From: an uncultured Rhodospirillales bacterium
GTDB taxonomy: Bacteria; Pseudomonadota; Alphaproteobacteria; RF32; CAG-239
Reading direction: 5' to 3'
Assembly: GCA_902778645.1 (NCBI GenBank)
Contig: CACYYO010000002.1
Coordinates: forward strand, 1,511 to 65,510
DNA: 64,000 nt
Part shown: piece by piece, positions 28,467 through 35,539 of the stretch
How the letters are laid out: the number at the start of each line of letters is the position of its first letter
How positions within the stretch are numbered: position 1 is the first letter of the stretch
Translations under genes and position numbers: made by a program
The notes under the pieces: generated by a model
What the model was told of the DNA's origin: nothing
Database searches by the model: none
Seen by the model: the letters and a program-made list of their open reading frames with translations, nothing else

Positions 28467-28829
28467 CTAAAATTTAACCCGGGGGCCCTTTGAAGTATCA
28501 ATAGTATCAATACCAGTGCAACCACGCTCTTCATTCCAAGTCCCTCCTTGCTTTTTACACGATTCTTCTGTGTGGGCACGTGGAGTTTCAGAGTCAAGCC
28601 ATTCTTTATCATGTATCTGTTCCTCTACACTACTATAACATTTACAGTCATTGTTAACCCATGAACAGTGAGCTCCTTTTGAAACACAATCTTTTTTCGC
28701 CTGATCTTCCGCCTGCTTAGCTGCCCGCTTTGCGGCTGCTTCAGCCTCGAGTTGTTCCTTAGAGACGCAGACACCATTTCGTTTGACTTCTCCGGCAGCT
28801 TCATCACATCCGCTAGCCCCCATCTTCAT
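28467..28829 (-). pseudogene. Cys-rich 120-aa module. It is in frame with, and probably a detached C-terminal part of, the upstream giant VirB2-like gene.
   Basis: Same minus-strand frame as ORF 28977-32273. It is separated from that ORF by TAA (28977-79), 37 sense codons (EVQVQISSAAGSGSGAGSSQQGLSQTHIDCINVRQGK), TAG (28863-65) and 11 sense codons. Confidence 0.45.
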
Positions 28830-28976
28830 ATTGGTGCAATGTCCGGTAGCTTCGTCGCCGACCTATTTACCTTGGCGAACATTTATACAATCGATATGGG
28901 TTTGTGACAAACCTTGCTGAGAACTGCCTGCTCCGCTACCGGAACCCGCAGCAGACGATATCTGAACTTGAACTTC

Positions 28977-31900
28977 TTATTTCTTGCCTTCTTCCGTCTT
29001 TTTGGTATCAGTACATTTGCCTGAAATCTCATCAAATACGCCGCCCTGAGCAGCACACGCCTGTTGAGCAGCGGCACTTATCTGGTTTCTCTTGTTTTCA
29101 TTACTCTGGAAATCAAAATTGCCGGATGATTGTTGATACCTTGCTTCATCATACCCTTCGGTTACGCCAGTTAAAACTCCAAACAGAGTCCCCATGGCCT
29201 GTGCGCCATCACCCAATCCGAGCATACCACCCAAGCCTTCTCCTTCATTACGACCGGCCTCTGCCATAGCAGCGGTATTGCTGGCACCTGCAGCAGCCTC
29301 TGCTACCTTTTCCATACCGGTCAAAATCGTAGAACCGCCGCCTTTTCCGTCATTGTTCATCCAGTTATTAAAACCTGTTTGCTCGCTTTTAACCTGCTGC
29401 TCCAAATTTGCCAAAGCATTCTTTTCATTCTCGCTGCAAACCGAGGTCGAACATTTTTTCAGCAATTCTTCATATGTCTGGTTCAATACGCCGCGATATG
29501 CTTCTTGAGCCCTTGATGACCCCATATCTTGTACATTATTAGAAATTGCGCTGCCTGCTCCGGCCAAAATATTAGCCTCTACAGCCGTATTCCCGACCAT
29601 TGTTGCAAGAGCAGTTGTTGCATCTGTGACGTTAGAGAAGAAGTCACTGGCGCCGTCTTTTGCCGCCTTATAATTTGCTTCCGCCTGATCAACAACGGCT
29701 TGAGCGCTTTCCTCTCCGGATCTTGCATACGCCAAGTCACGCTCAGCCTGAGCAACCAGATTATCCCCTTCTCTTGTCGCCTGATCCAAAGCATACTGTG
29801 CTTGGTTTACCAGATTATCCCCTTCTCTTGTTGCCCGATCCAAAGCATATTGTGCTTGTGTGACTGCATTATTGGCATTATTATAATCAGCTTTTGCCGT
29901 ATTAAGTGCCTGATTGGCCTGAGATAAAAGATATTCGTCATCAGTAATATCTTTGCGCAGGTTTTCCATATCAGCACGAATCTCTTCTTCGGTTTTGTTG
30001 CCGTACTTGTTTGTGAGGTCCTGATATTCCTGACGATATTGTTTGGCATCCGCTTCTGCTTGCGCCATTTGCTCTTTAAGCTTGGCAATTTGCGCCGCCT
30101 CTGCCGGACGATTAGGGTCTAACTGATTAATTTGCTCTTGTAATCTGGCAACTTCATCATCTTTGGCTTTAGCTGCATCTAATAAATCATCTTTTTTGAG
30201 ATATTTATTCATATCTTCCAATTCTTTGGCGTGTTGAGCGCGTTGCGCTTGCAAGTTGTCAATATTTTCTTGGGCCTGATTAACAGCAGCCAATTTTTCT
30301 TCAGCCTCTTTCTTTGCAGCATCTAATTTATCTTGCTGTTCTTTGACAAGAGCATCTCTTTGTTTCTTCGCTTCATCAACACCTTTTTGTGCCTCATCAA
30401 TAAGATTATCTCTCTCTCTCTGTGCTGCGTCTAAAGCTGCCTGTTTTTCAGCAACATTGGCTTGCGCCTGATTCAAAATCTCGTTAGCTGTATTCAAATC
30501 CTGCTGTGCGGCACGGACGTAATCATTTGTGCCATTCCAAGCATCGCTAAATGCTTTCGCGGCGTCAATAGTGCCTTCCACGTAGTCTTTTACTGATTGA
30601 ACGCCCACAGCAGTATTACGAATAATGTTAAGACCATTCTTTATTGCATCAACGCCATCCATGAAGCTCCACCCTTTACCATCTGCCGCCGCTTTTAAGT
30701 CTGCCATATTAACATCCGGACATAAATTAGGGTTATTGCTGCATTCTTGAATCATTTGTTCCAATTCTTGCGGAGACATTGATGAGTAGGACGACGATCC
30801 GCCTGATCCGCTTGTAAAGTACTGCGCATGGTTACCATTAGGCAAGAAGTCTCCATATTGCAATGTAGACCCGTCATTATAAACGATTTCCTCAATCAAA
30901 GCGGTTGTCATAGAGAGAATAAATAGACCGATACCGATATTGGCCAACTGCTTAAAATTAATTTTACCGATAATTGCGCTATAAGCAAAGGCAATCATTC
31001 CGAAACCGGCTAAAATATAGACAATAGAACGTAAATCAGCGACAATAAGTGTAATTCGGCAAGCAAGGTATTGAAAGATACCAAACCCGCCACTTTGGGA
31101 CATATTGTCTTTAGCCTCTTTACACGTCGGCTTTGCCAGTGCGGCATTTACCTGTTTTTGAATATCAGTACTAGTTCCTGCTTTATCTCCATCTCCGATT
31201 CCTCCAGTAGAATCTGTATTTAAACCGTAGCCACAAGTTCCTTCTTCAATACAAGAATATTCACCGGAACGATTTAGAGCTTCTTGATAAGCTTTTGCTT
31301 CTGCCTGACATTCAGCAGACCCTTTTTCAAATTGACAATCATCATAAGCTTTTTTAGCCTGATCAAGTTTCTGCTGAGCTTGTCGTGCTTCTGCTGCTTT
31401 TGCCGCTGCCACACGATCTTCTCGAGCCTTTATAATACATTCTGAGATTGGTCCACCACATTTTTCAAAAGCAGCATGCTCTTCAGCTGTCGCATCAACA
31501 GAAAAAGTACAAGCTCTAAGAGTGGTACTATAAACCATTCCACCGGAACAAGAATTTTGGTTAACTTGTAAAGCCGTAGAATCAGCATTATTTTGCGCAG
31601 TTGCATTTTTATTATTAGCTTCAGTAGCCGCCTTTGCTTTTTTTCCGGCTTTTTTTGCTGCGTTTTGATAAGCATTATAAAGGTCCTTCAATCGAGAACA
31701 AACAGCATCATTCGGATTTTGTTTACAAGTTGCAATGGCGGCATCATATGCGGCCTCAGCTTCTTGTGCTGCTTTCTGTGCTGCCTCATTTTCTGCATTT
31801 GCTTTATCCGCTTTTTCTTGAGCGCTGTTAGCTTTTTTACTGGCTTTATCAGCATTACTATTGTCTTTTTTACATTGCGAAAGAGCAGATTTTGCATTAC

Positions 31901-32273
31901 GGAGCTGCGTTGCCATGCCTTCTTGACATTGCTTTAAAGCTGTTTGAGCGTTTGTTAAAGCGATACTCACATGCTTTGAAGCATCCATGCCACCGGAAGT
32001 ACATTTTTTATACTCCGCTTTAATGGTGTTATATACATCACAAACAGAATCCAACTTATCTTGAGCCGAAGTAACAGCTGCCTGTTGCGTTTGACAATTA
32101 CCATAAGCATTATAAGCAGAGACAGCACTCTGCGCATTTGCACAATTACCATAAGCCTCATCCCTGGTAATATCTTCAATATCAGTTTTCGCATTAGCTT
32201 CATTAACAGACAACAAAAATCCTAAGCACAGTAGGAATGAAACACCTCTCATCGCTTTATTAATCATTTTCAT
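28977..32273 (-). CDS. Giant secreted coiled-coil protein with an embedded VirB2/TrbC-like (T4SS pilin) double-TM hairpin
   Basis: Signal peptide MKMINKAMRGVSFLLCLGFLLSVNEANA. Cys-rich N-terminal domain and A/Q/K-rich coiled coils. The core LRSIVYILAGFGMIAFAYSAIIGKINFKQLANIGIGLFILSMTTALIEEIV aligns with the two small paralogs downstream. Internal duplicate NQAQYALD(R/Q)ATREGDNLV. Confidence 0.6.
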   Translation of the reverse strand: MKMINKAMRGVSFLLCLGFLLSVNEANAKTDIEDITRDEAYGNCANAQSAVSAYNAYGNCQTQQAAVTSAQDKLDSVCDVYNTIKAEYKKCTSGGMDASKHVSIALTNAQTALKQCQEGMATQLRNAKSALSQCKKDNSNADKASKKANSAQEKADKANAENEAAQKAAQEAEAAYDAAIATCKQNPNDAVCSRLKDLYNAYQNAAKKAGKKAKAATEANNKNATAQNNADSTALQVNQNSCSGGMVYSTTLRACTFSVDATAEEHAAFEKCGGPISECIIKAREDRVAAAKAAEARQAQQKLDQAKKAYDDCQFEKGSAECQAEAKAYQEALNRSGEYSCIEEGTCGYGLNTDSTGGIGDGDKAGTSTDIQKQVNAALAKPTCKEAKDNMSQSGGFGIFQYLACRITLIVADLRSIVYILAGFGMIAFAYSAIIGKINFKQLANIGIGLFILSMTTALIEEIVYNDGSTLQYGDFLPNGNHAQYFTSGSGGSSSYSSMSPQELEQMIQECSNNPNLCPDVNMADLKAAADGKGWSFMDGVDAIKNGLNIIRNTAVGVQSVKDYVEGTIDAAKAFSDAWNGTNDYVRAAQQDLNTANEILNQAQANVAEKQAALDAAQRERDNLIDEAQKGVDEAKKQRDALVKEQQDKLDAAKKEAEEKLAAVNQAQENIDNLQAQRAQHAKELEDMNKYLKKDDLLDAAKAKDDEVARLQEQINQLDPNRPAEAAQIAKLKEQMAQAEADAKQYRQEYQDLTNKYGNKTEEEIRADMENLRKDITDDEYLLSQANQALNTAKADYNNANNAVTQAQYALDRATREGDNLVNQAQYALDQATREGDNLVAQAERDLAYARSGEESAQAVVDQAEANYKAAKDGASDFFSNVTDATTALATMVGNTAVEANILAGAGSAISNNVQDMGSSRAQEAYRGVLNQTYEELLKKCSTSVCSENEKNALANLEQQVKSEQTGFNNWMNNDGKGGGSTILTGMEKVAEAAAGASNTAAMAEAGRNEGEGLGGMLGLGDGAQAMGTLFGVLTGVTEGYDEARYQQSSGNFDFQSNENKRNQISAAAQQACAAQGGVFDEISGKCTDTKKTEEGKK

Positions 32274-32350
32274 GGCACATCCTCCTAATAGTCCTTAGAA
32301 TTTTATATTAATAATTTCCCGTCTTTGTTCTTTTTTTTGCCCCTTTATAA

Positions 32351-32391
32351 TTCCTCCCCTTTTCAATAGGAGAGGGTCAGGAGGGGGTCTG
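32351..32391. promoter_or_regulatory. Family A palindromic element (ttcctccccttttcaataggagagggtcaggagggggt) in the promoter region of the giant VirB2-like gene
   Basis: Shares the CCTCCCCT-N-AGGGGAGG-N-GGAGGGG architecture with 16665-16706 and 33642-33685. Confidence 0.45.
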
Positions 32392-32403
32392 ATAACACCT
32401 TGT

Positions 32404-32925
32404 TTATCCGCCTGTCTTCAAGCTGTCGGTTATCATATCTGTCGTAATAACGGTATCCTCAACCATGTAGTTAATAATCGCCGCTGTTGCCGCAATTACA
32501 AACAACCCGATCAGAATAGCCGTCAACCATTTATAATTAATGTTTCCGAAAATGGAGCCGATAACCACCGCAATAATCCCAAAACCGGAAACCGCATAAA
32601 TAATCTCTCGCAAGCCGGTAAAGATTTTGCCGCCATGCGCCGCCAAATCACCAAATAAGGGACCCGAACTCCCACTCCCATGACCAAAATGAATAACGTT
32701 GGACATTCCTGAAGCAGCTGTTCCTACCACTTTTTTCGCTGCCTCCACAGCTTCAGGACTAGGATCTTCCGCCCACGAGTTCGTTGCAAATAAAATTGAA
32801 GAACACACAAACACCGCCAAGCTGGCAACAACCAATTTCTTAAAATTTATGTGCAACATTCTAAATATTTCCCTAAAAGAAACAAAAGGAAGGCGTTGTG
32901 AGCAATTTGTAAATAAATTTTTCAT
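32404..32925 (-). CDS. VirB2/TrbC-like T4SS pilin family protein (paralog 2, 173 aa)
   Basis: Signal peptide (LAVFVCSSILFATNSWA), then LREIIYAVSGFGIIAVVIGSIFGNINYKWLTAILIGLFVIAATAAIINYMV, two hydrophobic helices separated by a K/W loop. Confidence 0.6.
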   Translation of the reverse strand: MKNLFTNCSQRLPFVSFREIFRMLHINFKKLVVASLAVFVCSSILFATNSWAEDPSPEAVEAAKKVVGTAASGMSNVIHFGHGSGSSGPLFGDLAAHGGKIFTGLREIIYAVSGFGIIAVVIGSIFGNINYKWLTAILIGLFVIAATAAIINYMVEDTVITTDMITDSLKTGG

Positions 32926-32964
32926 AACAAACCTTCCTTTCTTTTTCAGTTAAATTAACATATA

Positions 32965-33327
32965 CTATTTTGTTGTACTGCTCTGGAAGGTATCACCCAT
33001 TGTACCTTCACCAGTACCGGCATAACCACTGGCACCTGTTGCGTATTCAACGATAGCACCGGCTGCCGCCAACAGGGCTAAACCGACTGCCAAGCCGGCA
33101 AACCATCCCCATTTAACCTTACCGATAATCGCTTGGTAAGCAATACCAACCAAACCGAAACCACCGATAACGAAGGTAATGGTTTTGACATGTTGGAACA
33201 CATTCATTGCTTTTCTCTCTGCAACCGTCATTAACGGTGAAGCTTGCGCAAAAGCATCAAGTGATACCAATGTCAAAACAAATGCCCAAGAGCAAATTGT
33301 CCAAATATTTTTTTTCAAGAAACGCAT
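32965..33327 (-). CDS. VirB2/TrbC-like T4SS pilin family protein (paralog 1, 120 aa)
   Basis: Signal peptide ending AFAQA, then ITFVIGGFGLVGIAYQAIIGKVKWGWFAGLAVGLALLAAAGAIVEYATG. Same architecture as Agrobacterium VirB2 (a GxFG helix, a K/W loop, a G-rich helix). Confidence 0.65.
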   Translation of the reverse strand: MRFLKKNIWTICSWAFVLTLVSLDAFAQASPLMTVAERKAMNVFQHVKTITFVIGGFGLVGIAYQAIIGKVKWGWFAGLAVGLALLAAAGAIVEYATGASGYAGTGEGTMGDTFQSSTTK

Positions 33328-33629
33328 AGTCTTTCTCCTTATCTAGTTATAAATTAATTTCATCTACCCTTTTAGAATACCTGATTTTTAAACATTTTCC
33401 AAGAAAAATCTGATAGCCCAAAAATGAAATAAGTTATTGAATTATCAACATAAATTTTCCTGTAACAAAAAATTCACAGTTGATAAACATCTACAAACAG
33501 TATTTTTATACACCCAAAATAGTAAATTTTTCTCTAACATTTTGAGCACCATATAACCCTTTACCTTGACCTTCGGAATCATCTGTAATAAATTACACGA
33601 TTATAAAGGCAAGAAAAGTGATGCCAACC

Positions 33630-33760
33630 TCTTTTTCTTCTGTCACTCCTCCCCTTGGTTTCAAGGGGAGGTTGGAAGGGGTTTTGTCATCCTGAGGAGT
33701 TCCGAAGGAACGACGTCAGGATCTCCTTTACGTTAGTTCGGCAAAAAAGGAATCATTACA
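33630..33760. repeat. Composite of a family A palindrome (33642-33685) and a family B element (33677-33760), lying between divergent virB2-like and porin genes
   Basis: tcactcctccccttggtttcaaggggaggttggaaggggtttt, followed by gtcatcctgaggagttccgaaggaacgacgtcaggatctcctttacgttagttcggcaaaaaaggaatcatt. The latter is near-identical to 26920-27000. Confidence 0.6.
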
Positions 33761-33772
33761 AGGAAAAAGTAA

Positions 33773-34897
33773 ATGCAAAAAAAGTTTTTATTCTATATTC
33801 TGGCAAGCACAGTCTTAACACTCCACCCGTCTCTGGCACAAGAAACGAAGCTTTCTGCCGCCGCAGCGTGGGATTCCTTTTATGGCTATACTTTTTTTGA
33901 TAAAGACTACAAACACAAAGACCATCGCCAGCATTTTACCAATCTCTTTGAGGTTAATCTGGGCGCAGAAAAAGAATTTGACAATGGCTGGTCACTGGCT
34001 CTTTACGCTGATTTATATGCCGGCATCAACAAAAGACAACGCAATTACAGCAACGGCCTGTGGGGGCATGAAATTTATGCGATTATAGATAATCCCTACG
34101 GGCGGGCAATGATTGGGGAGACACAAAACGTTGCGGCGCAGTTTCATATCAACGCCCCGAAGGCAGGAAAGTTCGGTATTAATGACAGTGAAGTCACCAA
34201 TTTTATAGCAAACCCCAACTGGCTCAAAGACAAGCATCACACTGCTTTTCGTACCCTTAATTCAACCGCGATTAACACAGATGGAACCGTTGCCAAACTG
34301 AGTTACATTTCCCCTGAGATTCATAATATAACCTTAGGTATCAGCTATATTCCCGACACTTACAGCCGCACCGGTCTTGTTAATAGAGACGCTCGCTATG
34401 CTGAAGATGACGGTTATGTCGGTGCGGCATATTATACGGCAGACCTTGGCTTTGCGGAATTGGAAAGTTCTCTCGGATACGCGGTCTTTAATAAAGATGA
34501 CCGAGACTTAAGCCTCGGTGCAAGCTTATATCGTCTGGGCTGGACAATCGGCGGCAGCTGGCGCAAAACAGATGTTGAGGGGAAAGACTATCCGATAACT
34601 CATATCAGCAATACCCCTAAATTACCGGATTTATTCGATAATTACCGCGAAGGGCAGGCTTGGGATATAGGTATCGGCTATCAGTTCGGTCCTCTCAAAA
34701 CCGCGCTGTCGTATTTTGAGAGCAAGGCCAAAAACACCTCTAATAAAGATAAAATATGGCTCTTGTCGAATGAGTTTCGCTATGATAAGCATCTGGCATT
34801 GTACTTAGCAGCAGCCAAAACGGACTTTGAGGGTGCATCAAACGCAGAAAGTAATCGCGGTTGGGCGTTGATGAGCGGCTTTAGTGTAGGATTCTAA
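33773..34897 (+). CDS. Outer-membrane beta-barrel porin-like protein
   Basis: Signal peptide MQKKFLFYILASTVLTLHPSLAQE. Alternating beta-strand pattern. C-terminal aromatic terminus ...GFSVGF. Confidence 0.7.
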   Translation: MQKKFLFYILASTVLTLHPSLAQETKLSAAAAWDSFYGYTFFDKDYKHKDHRQHFTNLFEVNLGAEKEFDNGWSLALYADLYAGINKRQRNYSNGLWGHEIYAIIDNPYGRAMIGETQNVAAQFHINAPKAGKFGINDSEVTNFIANPNWLKDKHHTAFRTLNSTAINTDGTVAKLSYISPEIHNITLGISYIPDTYSRTGLVNRDARYAEDDGYVGAAYYTADLGFAELESSLGYAVFNKDDRDLSLGASLYRLGWTIGGSWRKTDVEGKDYPITHISNTPKLPDLFDNYREGQAWDIGIGYQFGPLKTALSYFESKAKNTSNKDKIWLLSNEFRYDKHLALYLAAAKTDFEGASNAESNRGWALMSGFSVGF

Positions 34898-34899
34898 TA

Positions 34900-35526
34900 A
34901 TGCCTAATATACTTTTTTTATCGGATAACCCTCTTTTGCAAGCGGACTTGACCAACCAAATAGAGACGGTTTTGCCGGAATATAAAGTAACCACAACAGA
35001 TGACAACGAAACTGTTTTGGATATTGCCCTGTTGGATGGTAAAAAGTTTTTGGAACAATTCCGGCAAAAACACGCCAAAGTACCGGCGCTGATTTTTGAT
35101 TCTTCAGAGAACAGCGAATATACAGAGAATAACCTTAATACAATTGTCTATAAACCGATTGTTTTGGCAACCTTGCTTAATCAGATTAAATCAAGCATAA
35201 ATGTTTTTGCCAATTCTACCGAGGGTGTTTTACATTTTGGTTCGTACGAGTTGCACCCGGAAGACAAAACCCTTGTTAATCTGCAGAACAAGCAAATCAT
35301 CAAACTGACGGAAAGAGAAATCAGCATTATCAGATACTTATATAAATCTGCAAATAAACTTGTCAGTAAAGAAGAATTGCTTGAGAATGTTTGGGAATAC
35401 AGTGCAGAGACGACCACCCATACGATAGAGACGCATATTTACCGCCTGCGTAAAAAGCTGGAGCAAGAAAACACCGCCGCCCCGCTGATTGTAGCGGAAG
35501 ACGGCGGCTATCGGTTAGAGAGATAA
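34900..35526 (+). CDS. OmpR/PhoB-type winged-helix transcriptional regulator with a degenerate receiver-like N-terminus
   Basis: C-terminal trans_reg_C domain (LTEREISIIRYLYKSANKLVSKEELLENVWEYSAETTTHTIETHIYRLRKKL). The N-terminal domain lacks the usual acidic pocket (no DD pair; IALLDGKKF). The start lies 2 nt after the porin stop. Confidence 0.7.
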   Translation: MPNILFLSDNPLLQADLTNQIETVLPEYKVTTTDDNETVLDIALLDGKKFLEQFRQKHAKVPALIFDSSENSEYTENNLNTIVYKPIVLATLLNQIKSSINVFANSTEGVLHFGSYELHPEDKTLVNLQNKQIIKLTEREISIIRYLYKSANKLVSKEELLENVWEYSAETTTHTIETHIYRLRKKLEQENTAAPLIVAEDGGYRLER

Positions 35527-35539
35527 ATTATCTTATCTG

